A stretch of DNA of 64,000 bases, taken from NCBI GenBank assembly GCA_965214775.1, contig OZ243974.1:2720001-2784000 (forward strand), read 5' to 3'. Of this stretch, positions 20,431-29,951 are shown one piece after another. The notes under the pieces are model-generated. The model had not been told where the DNA came from. It saw nothing but the letters and a program-made list of their open reading frames with translations, and searched no databases. The DNA is from Nitrosopumilus sp. GTDB lineage: Archaea; Thermoproteota; Nitrososphaeria; Nitrososphaerales; Nitrosopumilaceae. The translations under genes were made by a program, and so were the position numbers. Position 1 is the stretch's first letter. Every line of letters starts with the position of its first letter.

Positions 20431-22372
20431 CTTTGAGTTTAATCTCCTTTTCTAGTCTTTTTATTGTATCCCTGCATTCAATTGCTCGCTCAAAATCCAA
20501 ATCCTGCGAATATTCTTTCATTTGTGCCTCCAAATCTATAATGTCTGCTGCCAAATCATGAGTTGATTTTAATTTTGCATCATCAAGAGTGGATGTCTGA
20601 TCAGGGATTGGCTTGATGATTGTTGCAGGAGTGATCTTGTGCTTTTTGTTGTATTCTAGTTGCCGTTCTCTACGCCTATGAGTTTCATCCATTGCATTTT
20701 TCATCGACTGGGTTACGTTATCTGCATACATTATCACAGAACCGCCATCATTTCTTGCAGCCCTTCCAAACGTCTGGATTAGACTAGTGAAATTTCTCAA
20801 AAATCCTTCCTTGTCTGCATCCAGAATTGCAACCAGAGAGACTTCGGGAATATCCAGTCCTTCTCTGAGAAGATTGATTCCGACTAGAACGTCAAACTCC
20901 CCCAGCCGCAGCTGCCTGATCAGCTCAGTTCTCTGAAGACCTTCAATTTCAGAGTGCATGTATCGTACTCTGACCTCCTTTTTTGAGAGATATTCTGCAA
21001 GATCTTCGGCCATCCTCTTAGTCAGGGTGGTGACCAAAACTCGCTCAGATCTCTCAGCTCTTTTCTGAATTTCGCCAACCAGGTCATCCATCTGGCCTTT
21101 TGTGGTCCTAATCTCGACTGCAGGGTCAAGCAATCCAGTAGGCCGGACTAGCTGCTCTGCAACTGTGCAGGAGGCCTTTTTCTCGTAATCAGAAGGGGTT
21201 GCCGAAACAAAGATTGTGTTTTTGAGATATTCTTCAAATTCCTCAAATTTTAGAGGCCTGTTATCATATGCGCTTGGAAGTCTAAACCCGTAAGTTACAA
21301 GCTCTTTTTTTCTAGAGTGGTCTCCCTTGTACATCCCATGCAGCTGAGGCAGCGTTACATGTGATTCGTCAATTATCAAAAGATAGTCATCGCCAAAAAA
21401 ATCCATCAGGCAAAATGCTTTTTCGCCGGCTTTTCGTCCATCAAAATGCCGGGAATAGTTCTCAATTCCAGAACAATAGCCCAATTCCTCTATCATTTCA
21501 AGGTCATATTTCGTTCTCATCTCCAACCGCTGTCGTTCTAGCTCACCTAGTTCCGGAAGCCGTTTTGCCAGCTCATCCTTGATTGATTTAACTGCTTTTT
21601 TCCTGACATCGCTTGCAATAAGATAGTGCTTTGCAGGAAATATTTTAAATGAGAAAGTCTTTCCTTTCTCCCTAAGCGAGACGTGATCAAGTATTGCAAT
21701 CTTGTCAATTTCGTCTCCAAACATCGAGATACGAACCAGGTCTTCAGAATATGCCGGAGTAACATCCAGAGTGTCACCTTTGACTCTAAAGTTTCCTGGC
21801 GCAACCTCCGTGTCATTTCTTTGGTAACGGGCATCGACCAGTTTTCTAATCAGTTCGGTCCGTTTGATCTTTTCATTTGTAGAAACCGTGATTGCCAGGT
21901 CCTCCCAGTCCTCAGGATTGCCAAGAGAGTATATACAAGAGACTGTGGACACTATGATTGTCGGGTCTCCAGACAGCAGCATTGCAGTTGCCTCCAAGCG
22001 AAGTTTTTCAATTTTTTCATTAATCTGAGTGTCTTTTTCTATGTAGGTATCGGTTTGTGGAAGATAGCTTTCCGGCTGATAATAGTCATAGTATGAAACA
22101 AAGTAGCCAACGTTGTTTTTTGGGAAAAACTGCTTTAGTTCAGAGTAGAGTTGTGCTGCCAATGTTTTGTTGTGGGAGATGACCAGTGTGTTTTTTCCAG
22201 TTTTTGCAATGACGTTTGCGACTGAAAATGTCTTGCCGCTGCCAGTCACGCCTAGCAGTGTCTGTACAGACCTTTTCCTCACACCTTTGACCAGTTCATC
22301 GATTGCCTGAGGCTGATCTCCGGTAGGCTCAAAATCAGATACGAGTTCGAATTTCGGGGATTGTTCCAACAC
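20417..22372 (-). CDS. uvrB: Excinuclease ABC subunit B
   Basis: GVTGSGKT, YYDYYQPE, DESH, GRAAR, C-terminal UVR motif. Confidence 0.98.
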   Translation of the reverse strand: MLEQSPKFELVSDFEPTGDQPQAIDELVKGVRKRSVQTLLGVTGSGKTFSVANVIAKTGKNTLVISHNKTLAAQLYSELKQFFPKNNVGYFVSYYDYYQPESYLPQTDTYIEKDTQINEKIEKLRLEATAMLLSGDPTIIVSTVSCIYSLGNPEDWEDLAITVSTNEKIKRTELIRKLVDARYQRNDTEVAPGNFRVKGDTLDVTPAYSEDLVRISMFGDEIDKIAILDHVSLREKGKTFSFKIFPAKHYLIASDVRKKAVKSIKDELAKRLPELGELERQRLEMRTKYDLEMIEELGYCSGIENYSRHFDGRKAGEKAFCLMDFFGDDYLLIIDESHVTLPQLHGMYKGDHSRKKELVTYGFRLPSAYDNRPLKFEEFEEYLKNTIFVSATPSDYEKKASCTVAEQLVRPTGLLDPAVEIRTTKGQMDDLVGEIQKRAERSERVLVTTLTKRMAEDLAEYLSKKEVRVRYMHSEIEGLQRTELIRQLRLGEFDVLVGINLLREGLDIPEVSLVAILDADKEGFLRNFTSLIQTFGRAARNDGGSVIMYADNVTQSMKNAMDETHRRRERQLEYNKKHKITPATIIKPIPDQTSTLDDAKLKSTHDLAADIIDLEAQMKEYSQDLDFERAIECRDTIKRLEKEIKLKDGRK

Positions 22373-22423
22373 AGAAATTCATCAAAAACTGAACTTATAG
22401 ATAACGGATGTAAAACCAAGGCT

Positions 22424-22560
22424 GAAAGGCGATCCGAAACTAGAAGCCGTACGAATTTTTCAAGTGGTTTTACAGACGGTTTGTGTTTTGCTGGTATTTG
22501 GGGCTGTCTTGTGCAATTGTTTACACATGATCAGAATCTGTCAATTTCAAACCAACTCTC
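22424..22560. mobile_element. MITE family A (about 137 bp)
   Basis: Colinear with 23674-23811, 37370-37507 and 56332-56470. Confidence 0.75.
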
Positions 22561-22825
22561 AGGTCTGCACGACTTGTGTCTGGGAGAAACTTGTTTTGTT
22601 TTTCTTTGGAATGTGTTTTCTTTGCTATATCTGCTGCAAAGACGAGTCTGAAAAAAATAAATTTATCACAATGAGCAATTGACAGTTTGGAAACTGAAAG
22701 AAGATCAGGACACAAATTAGGGATACAGAACAAAAAGCCAGCCGGAAAACCAAACTAGGTGCCAAAAAAAATTAAAAGGCTCAAAGATGAAGCCAGAAAA
22801 ACAGAGTCAGAGCACAATTCAGGTT

Positions 22826-23467
22826 TCACCACGCCGGCTCGTCAACCATTTTCAAGCCGTCATGGGTCTCTTCAAAACCCATGATTTTCAGAGTCTCCTT
22901 TGCCGATGGGGAATTTCTCTTTTGGATCAGGCGTGCCAGAATTGTCCTTGATTCAGAGTTTATGTGCTGGCCAATTTTGTATTTGCCAGTCATCTGTTCA
23001 GGAACCACCTTGATTACAGCAGTATGATTTAGGACGTCCATCTCAGAACGAAGAGGTTCGTATTGGCCTTCTGGCTGATATTTTTTCATCATTGCGTTTA
23101 GCGCAAGCGATTTTTCACTAGGATCCTGAACGATTACAGAGTGGCCTTTGATCACGACGCTAATGTAAAGGGTATCGGCCATTGAGGCATCAGTTGGGCT
23201 AGAAAAGTAGGATGGGAGAAACTCCAACTCACGGTCTGCTTCAAAGCCTGATTTTGAGTTTGTCTTGATATTTTCCAGTTTTTCGCCTTTGAGATGAGAG
23301 TGCATGTAAATTGCGTCATTGAAGAATACAAAGTTCATAGGAATGACTTGAGGATATCCATTTGAATCAATTGTAGCTATTCGGCCAACATGCTCTTGAT
23401 TAAGAAACTCGGCCATCTTTTGTCTTGATTGAATCTGTAAGCGACCTACAAGTTGCAACAATCCCAA
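22826..23467 (-). CDS. Pyridoxamine 5'-phosphate oxidase-like flavin-binding protein (NimA-related)
   Basis: GRIAT..GYPQVIPMNF...IYMHS..GEKL, YISVVIKG, MTGKYK. Confidence 0.85.
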   Translation of the reverse strand: MGLLQLVGRLQIQSRQKMAEFLNQEHVGRIATIDSNGYPQVIPMNFVFFNDAIYMHSHLKGEKLENIKTNSKSGFEADRELEFLPSYFSSPTDASMADTLYISVVIKGHSVIVQDPSEKSLALNAMMKKYQPEGQYEPLRSEMDVLNHTAVIKVVPEQMTGKYKIGQHINSESRTILARLIQKRNSPSAKETLKIMGFEETHDGLKMVDEPAW

Positions 23468-23673
23468 CCTAATCGATTTATTTTATAAATCTAGAGATGA
23501 TGGAGGCGTTGTCCAGAATCATGATTTTAGGGCGTGATTTCCGGGGAGATTTGTGCAAAATCATGGCGCAATGACTGCAAACACAGAGACGAATCCGCAC
23601 TCCGGCCCGCATTGTATGGCAACGAGCACGATATGTCAAAATTACGGTCCGTTTTTTTTGATGTGCGCACTAC

Positions 23674-23811
23674 AGAGGTGATCCGAAACTAGAGACCGTA
23701 CGAATCTTTCAAGTAATTTCACAGATAACTTGCATTTTGTTGACATTTTGAACTGTTTTATGCAAATTCGTTCACAAATAATCAGAGTCTGCTAATTTCG
23801 AATCAACTCTC
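23674..23811. mobile_element. MITE family A (about 137 bp)
   Basis: TIR-like ends AGAGGTGATCCGAAACTAG / CTAATTTCGAATCAACTCTC; multiple copies in window. Confidence 0.8.
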
Positions 23812-24344
23812 AGGGACGCCAAGGCGTGTCTCAGTGGACCGGACAAGCTGTCCCGGGAGGATCTGCTGGAGCTTGAGGAGAGGACGGGGATAAGGGCCGC
23901 CGACGGATTGATGGGCCGGCACTCGTCGGAGCTGCGCCGGCTGTTTGAGACTAGGATGCGCAACGTCCTGTTCGGATACAGGGATACGCAGGACGAATCG
24001 TTGAAAACTCTTGTCAGGAGGATGTACAATGCCCTGCCGGGCCTGTTTGCATTCCTAGAATACGAGGACGTCGAGCCCACCAACAATTCTGCAGAGCGGG
24101 CGCTGCGCCCCGTCGTATTGCAGAACAAGATAAGCGGCCAGATCAAGATGACAAGCTCGGGCAGATCCTTGAGGCATAGTCCGTGTCGTATTGCAGGACA
24201 AGATAAGCGGCCAGATCAAGGGCGGCCTGGTCTGGATGGACAGGTACGGATGGCTCAACACATGCACCTCGACGTGGAAGCTGCAGGGCAAGTCCATCAT
24301 GGTTGAGGTAGCCAGAATAATTTATGGGGTAGGTGACCTCATAC
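23812..24344 (+). pseudogene. IS66 transposase 3' remnant with right end
   Basis: EPTNNSAERALRPVVLQNKISG motif; end GGGGTAGGTGACCTCATAC. Confidence 0.8.
24112..24220. repeat. 36-bp direct repeat pair flanking a unique 37-bp insert (site 2)
   Basis: GTCGTATTGCAG(A/G)ACAAGATAAGCGGCCAGATCAAG at 24112-24147 and 24185-24220, 35/36. Confidence 0.95.
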
Positions 24345-24587
24345 GTTAAAGACAACACGGGGCCTCATGTGCGCGGCCAGGCAAGAAGAGACTCGCAAAC
24401 CGCACACAGGCAAGCCGTCACTTTTTTGATTTGGATCAGTGCGCAGCACCAGCATGTGACACCAAGTCCAGATCCACAAACATTCAAACCTCCCGGAATT
24501 TTTTAATTAGAAAAAAGGCTAGTATAACGCTAGCATTACTTGGTTGATACCCAAGGGTTATAAGATAAATTGTGTTTTAAACCCTGT

Positions 24588-24659
24588 GGGTCCCTAGTAT
24601 AACGGGAATACACTTGGTTGATACCCAAGGGATCCGGGTTCGATTCCCGGGGGGGTCCA
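24588..24659 (+). tRNA. Atypical tRNA with GAT anticodon (Ile by anticodon), possibly degenerate
   Basis: Cloverleaf GGGTCCC / GTAT-ATAC / CTTGG-TTGATAC-CCAAG / CCGGG-TTCGATT-CCCGG; extra G and two wobbles in acceptor; TTATAA box about 30 nt upstream. Confidence 0.7.
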
Positions 24660-24702
24660 CAATACATAACCGTGGCGGTTCTGATTCTTGCATGTACTGA
24701 TT

Positions 24703-25931
24703 GCAAGAGTTTACCCCTCCTCCGAGATACGGTGCAGCAGGCGTGATCATAAAGGCTCCAGACAGCAGTGACGTAGTATCTACGTCAGCCATTTGTTCAT
24801 CTTTACCACCTTTATCTCGCCCCTGCGCGTCATACTGCGCAGTGATCTCTGCATCTCCTTGACGGTCTTGTAAAGGCAGTTTGAAGTCGCCTTTTTGAAC
24901 CCGCGCCACTGCCCCTCCGAGTTGTTAAGCTCCGGCGCGTACGGCGGCAGGTACTTTAGCACCACGTCCCCGTTCCACTTGGCCATCATTCCATTGAGTT
25001 CTGCTGACTTGTGGTACGATGCGTTGTCGACAAACAACAACACCTTGCCGTACTTGCGGCGCAGTGTCCTGAGAAACTTGTAGAATGTTCCCGTGTTGGC
25101 CTTTTCGTAAAAGCGATAGTCAAACCTGTTTCTTGAGAGGGCCCCTATGACATAGAACCGCTTCCTAGACAGGCTGACGGGCGTATAGACCGGCTCTCCT
25201 ACGGGGTACCAGCTGTTCTTGACGTTCCATCCCAGTATGAACATGGACTCGTCGCCTATCATTACCGTGTACCCCTTTTTTGAATAGTACTTTGCGCTCT
25301 GCCTAGCTTTTTTTTTTGAACTCCTTTTTCTCGGATTCTGAGGCTGATTTTGGGTGTTTTGGCCTGGGCTTTCTGCATGAGAAGCCGATTCTGTGCAGCA
25401 GGTCGTACATGCTCGTTTCTGCATACGTGATGCCGAACTTCTTTTTGACGTGGGCAATGACCAGCGGCCCTGTCCATGTTGTGGCCTTAAAGCCGCAGTT
25501 GTCCGGGCCCTTGATCAGGTCTGTACGCAGCCGTTCAAGCTGTTTCTTGTCGAGCCTGCACGGGGCGCCATGCTTTATGTCAAACCTGCCCTCCAGGCCA
25601 TGCTTGTGCGCACGCACCAGTCAGTATCGTACGGTTCCATACGGCCTGCTCAGCTTCTCGGCAATATCATATATGCTCGCGCCGCACTTTCTCATGTGGT
25701 ATGCAAGGAGCCGGATTGCCGCCTTGGCGTCCTTCTCGGACTTGTGCATCCTAAAAAGCTCGTCCTTGCTTGCTATCCCGTACAGGAACGCTGTTCCCGT
25801 CGGTAATTCCTTCTTTCCTTTCATGTGTATATATGGGACTAATAGCTCTTAGATCCTTTGGTTGAAAAAAATTGTCCTTTTTGTGATCAATTGGTAGCCG
25901 AGGATACTACGCCTAAGGGGTAAACTCGTAC
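24703..25931. mobile_element. IS66-type MITE (homologue of 59980-60070) split by an IS630 insertion
   Basis: GCAAGAGTTTACCCC at 24703 and GGGGTAAACTCGTAC ending 25931; halves align to 59980-60070. Confidence 0.7.
24774..25909 (-). mobile_element. IS630-family element; split transposase with nonsense mutation
   Basis: TAGTATC...GATACTA ends; GDES, DNASYH, LPPYAPELNNSE; TGG>TGA at 25621; A-run frameshift near 25310; near-identical to 54041-56282. Confidence 0.9.
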
Positions 25932-26035
25932 ATTTGTTGTCTGGCCTTGCGCGACAGCATATCAAACTCCACATGTACGAATTGACTGCTGCTGTCACAG
26001 CAGCGGCAACCTGTCGTGTTATTTGTTGTCTGGTC

Positions 26036-26194
26036 TAGTACGCCTTGCAAAGACGTGAGTGCTTGTCAGAAATTTGCCCCTTGATGTCACGAATTCTTTC
26101 TGTTTTTCAATGCGTGTGCGATGGTTTGCCTGATTCTATATCTTTAGGCCAAAAACAGCTATTGAAACTGTCCGTTTCTTTTATGAGTTGACTA
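26036..26194. mobile_element. TAGT...ACTA MITE family C (about 160 bp)
   Basis: Reverse homologue at 51248-51409; interrupted copy at 56281-56785. Confidence 0.75.
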
Positions 26195-26341
26195 CGTCAT
26201 GCTGACATCCCGAAGGCGGCAGGCCCTCGCCGCCTGGAATTTCTTATGATTTTTGTAAAAAAAATAGACGGTGCAAAATGGCACCAATCCGGTTTCTCAC
26301 CCGATATACCTTATATGTGACGTCCATTAATAAGGATTCGT

Positions 26342-26416
26342 GGGCCGGTGGTGTAATCGGGCAGCACAGTCCGGTTTCTCACCCGACTGGTACGGGTTCG
26401 AATCCCGTCCGGTCCA
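26342..26416 (+). tRNA. tRNA-Glu(CTC)-like gene with irregular anticodon arm
   Basis: GGGCCGG/CCGGTCC acceptor, ACGGG-TTCGAAT-CCCGT T arm; anticodon arm GTCCGG-TTTCTCAC-CCGAC has two extra bases; TTATAT box about 30 nt upstream. Confidence 0.65.
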
Positions 26417-26659
26417 GCCCACATTTTTGTTCAACCCGAAACTGGTGTGTGGCGCCGCGCCGGCGGCATGACGCGATCCCCTGTCATGTGCAATCTAGGA
26501 CGTCTGGGACACGGTGGTCTCCTGATTCGGCAACCGGCATGATTTTCTGGATTCTCCACCACGTTGATCAGGACTGGCGTGGCCGGGACGGATGCGCGGG
26601 TATTTCAGCTTCCGGTTTATTTCGTTGGTAACCATATCAGTAGACGCTATATGAAATCT

Positions 26660-26804
26660 TATCCGTATCCTGTGATATACTATTACTGTTGGGCCTGAGA
26701 GTCGATTGGAACTTACCATGTACAAGGGTGTTCCGTAGACTGACTCACAACAGCAGGCGGAAAGCAATATACCGCGCAGAAGACGGTGAATGGGAGATTC
26801 CGCC
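26660..26804 (+). ncRNA. Putative bridge RNA of IS110 copy B
   Basis: Two stem-internal-loop modules: GAGTC[TGGAACT]ACC..GGT[TCCGTAG]GACTC and GGCGGAA[..]ACCG..CGGT[ATGGGAG]TTCCGCC; guides match target and donor; ends approximate. Confidence 0.72.
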
Positions 26805-26840
26805 CGGATCAGGCATTTTGATCAGAAAGGAGGTGATAAC

Positions 26841-27920
26841 ATGATCAACGTAGGAATAGACGTACACAAAAAGACATGCGTTGCAGCAGTAAAGGATGAC
26901 TCTGGCAAGCTGCTAGAGCGATCCAAGTTTGAGAACAGCGTTTTGGCAACAACGAATTTTGCAACATATCTCAAGGAACAATACCGCGGACAGCTGCCAA
27001 TAAAGGCAGTATGCGAATCCACTGCCAACTACTGGATTATCGTACATGACACGCTTGAGGACTGCGGGATAGACACCGTGCTGGTGCATCCGGCAAAGGT
27101 CAAGGTGATAGCGCACGCCAAGATAAAGGACGACCGCGTGGATGCAAATATACTTGCCGACCTGCTCAGAGCAGACATGCTGCCAGAGTCGTTTGTGCCT
27201 GACAAGCACTATAGGGACCTCAGAATGCTGGGCAGGACCAGAACCGGCAAGACAGCAGAAGCCACCAGGTGCAAGAACAAGATACACGCAATACTTGCAA
27301 AGTATGACTATGATCTGCCCACACACGGCACGTTTACGATTTCTGCCATACAGTACATTCAAGACGGGATAAAGATGTCAGAGATTGACGCGGCAACGGT
27401 GAAGATGTACCTTGATGACATCAAGAGGATACAGGATCAGATAAAGGATCTGGAGCGCAGCATTGCCTCCGTATCCGAAAGCGATCCGAGGGCCAAGACG
27501 ATTATGACCATGCCTGGAATAAGCCATGTCTCTGCACTGACGATAATCTCTGAGATAGTAGATATCAGGAGGTTTGCCACTCCAGAAAAGCTCGTCTCGT
27601 ATGCAGTGCTGACTCCCTCGCGCAGGGACAGCGCAGACAGACACAAAGGAGGCGGCATAACAAAGCAGGGATCCGTGTGGCTGCGCCAAGCCATGGTCAA
27701 CTCGGCCACAGTCGCAGTACGAAACGACCCAAGGCTTGGTTCGATATATGAAAGGATAGGAAAGAGACGTGGATGGCAAAAGGCAAAGATTGCAGTTGCA
27801 AGACACATGCTGGAGATAATCTGGCACATGCTGACAACCGGAGAAGAGTACCGCACTCAGAATAAGACTCTCACGCAGAGAAAGTATATGAGGATGCATC
27901 GCATAGCAACATTGTCCTGA
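26841..27920 (+). CDS. IS110-family DEDD recombinase
   Basis: VGIDVHK, VCES, KDDRVDA, PSRRDSA; RBS AGGAGGTG before ATG 26841; conserved YAGL reads YAVL in this copy. Confidence 0.93.
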   Translation: MINVGIDVHKKTCVAAVKDDSGKLLERSKFENSVLATTNFATYLKEQYRGQLPIKAVCESTANYWIIVHDTLEDCGIDTVLVHPAKVKVIAHAKIKDDRVDANILADLLRADMLPESFVPDKHYRDLRMLGRTRTGKTAEATRCKNKIHAILAKYDYDLPTHGTFTISAIQYIQDGIKMSEIDAATVKMYLDDIKRIQDQIKDLERSIASVSESDPRAKTIMTMPGISHVSALTIISEIVDIRRFATPEKLVSYAVLTPSRRDSADRHKGGGITKQGSVWLRQAMVNSATVAVRNDPRLGSIYERIGKRRGWQKAKIAVARHMLEIIWHMLTTGEEYRTQNKTLTQRKYMRMHRIATLS

Positions 27921-28060
27921 TTCGGAACATCACGCTGGCAAGGGTCCACGGTAGGATTAGGTACGATTTCATATGGGTGTTCCTAGATGTACTTTTGAAG
28001 GCATGATGATTACGTAATTTACCGAGATTTTTTGACCATTACGATCTTAGATCAGGAGGT

Positions 28061-29416
28061 GTGTCAAACATCATCATGATGTCACCAACACAAAACGATG
28101 TGTTTGCACACCAGTACGACATAGCATCACGCCAGTTTAAAACATTGCGACAGCGGTTCCCCAAGCTCGGAATGGCAGTCTCAAAGAGTCACAACGCGGT
28201 GTACGGCCATGCCGACGTACTGCGCGTACTAAGCATCATGTCTGATAGGAAGATGTTTGTCAGGTCTGCCGTGACGCATCTTCGCAGGAAGGCCTCAAAA
28301 TACCACTGGTAGCAGCAGTATGACGGCGGAACTACTGCTGCTGCTGCTGTTACCTCCTCCAAGAAGGGCGGCACATACAGCTCCCGTACACCCCATCCGG
28401 TCTGGATCCTAAAGACCATCCGGAGCGCCGGTCTGGACGAGACGCAAAGGTGGTGCAACTCCATGTTACAGCACACGGTAAGAAACGGCCGCAGGTCCGG
28501 CATGTTACACAACACGGACGTAGTGGCAATAGACGCTACTGACGTCGAATACTATGGCAAGGGCCTAAAGGATGTAGCCAGAAAGTCAAAGCCCAAGAAC
28601 GGTACGTCTACTTTTCTCTCGCACATTACCGTGCACGGAATAGGATCCGATGACGGCTCTGACCTCGTGCTTTCCTCGCTGCAGCTTCCAAAAGATGCAA
28701 AACTGGCCGATTTCGTGTCTAAAATGATCCGCAAAGCGTCCAGATCAGGGACGAAGATCAAGACATACCTGTATGACCGGGGATTCTTTAATGTCAACTG
28801 CATGGTGGCCGCAGGCAAAAGCCCGGGCTACTACGTCATGCCTGCAGTCAAGAACAAGAGGATAAAGGCGGCAATAGAGGAGCATCACCATAAAAAGCGC
28901 GATGCGATATCTGACTATGCCATGACCAACAAGGAGGGCAAAAGCGTCACGTTCAGGCTGGTCATTGTGAAAAAGAAAGAAGATGAAGACGAAAACAAAG
29001 ACAAAGACACAGACAAAAACAAAAACAAAAACAAAGAGGAATGCACAGAAAAAAAGAAGGAAAAGAAAAAAGAAACGGCAGACGACTACTTGGTCTTTGC
29101 CACCAACATGCATGCCAAAAGCGTAGAGGCCGTCATAGCTCAGATACCAGAAGAGTACCGCATGCGGTGGGGAATCGAGACCGGGTTCAGGGTGATCAAG
29201 GGAGTAATGGGCAAGACATGCAGCAATTCGCCGGCAGTCAGGATGTTGTTATTCTACATGCCCCTCATACTGTACAATCTCTGGAGGACTGCCATATTCA
29301 TGGATGTGGAATCCAAATGGGGCGGATTTGCGGGAGGTAAGGAGTTTACCATGGCGTTGTTTGTCGAGTGTATTACAGATGCAGCAGACTCGTTTGTAAA
29401 TGATCGCGGAAAGTAG
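28061..29416 (+). pseudogene. ISH3-family transposase with single in-frame TAG (28310-28312)
   Basis: ORFs 28061..28312 and 28463..29416 are in one frame, open between them; AIDAT, YDRGFF, YRMRWGIETGFR. Confidence 0.82.
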
Positions 29417-29474
29417 TAGCGGCGGCCGCAGTGGTGCCGTGCCAGATGATGGTCTGCAAAAGTACACCTAGGAA

Positions 29475-29892
29475 CTCCCATATGAAATCGTACCTAATCC
29501 TACCGTGGACCCTTGCCAGCGTGATGTTCCGAATCAGGACAATGTTGCTATGCGATGCATCCTCTTATACTTTCTCTGCGTGAGAGCCTTGTTCTGAGTG
29601 CGGTACTCCTCTCCGGTTGTCAGCATGTGCCAGATTATCTCCAGCATGTGTCTTGCAACTGCAATCTTTGCCTTTTGCCATCCACGTCTCTTTCCTATCC
29701 TTTCATATATCGAACCAAGCCTTGGGTCGTTTCGTACTGCGACTGTGGCCGAGTTGACCATGGCCTGGCGCAGCCACACGGATCCCTGCTTTGTTATGCC
29801 GCCTCCTTTGTGTCTGTCTGCGCTGTCCCTGCGCGAGGGAGTCAGCCCTGCATACGAGACGAGCTTCTCCGGAGTGGCAAACCTCCTGATAT
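29475..29892 (-). mobile_element. IS110 copy D, 418-bp 3' fragment in tandem with copy C
   Basis: Duplicates 29893-30310; starts exactly at an internal AG site of the recombinase gene. Confidence 0.9.
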
Positions 29893-29951
29893 CTCCCATA
29901 TGAAATCGTACCTAATCCTACCGTGGACCCTTGCCAGCGTGATGTTCCGAA

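Larger units (their letters stand above)
26642..27979 (+). mobile_element. IS110 copy B, full length (1338 bp)
   Basis: Core AG at 26642-26643 and TG at 27978-27979; no TIR-type ends or TSD; sub-terminal IR ATATGAAATC/GATTTCATAT. Confidence 0.93.

Noticed and set aside
25932-26036. Fifth 36-bp scar (ATTTGTTGTCTGG repeat)
   Set aside because: Only about 16 bp similar with an 89-nt period; does not fit the geometry.
26790-26840. ORF-track start (MGDSARIRH...) for the IS110 recombinase; also 6367 and 31082
   Set aside because: That ATG is part of the donor guide ATGGGAG; the ATG 51 nt downstream has an AGGAGGTG RBS and begins the DEDD domain.
28310-28312. Pyrrolysine/amber read-through in the ISH3 transposase
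   Set aside because: All other genes use TAG as a normal stop; a CAG>TAG mutation is simpler.
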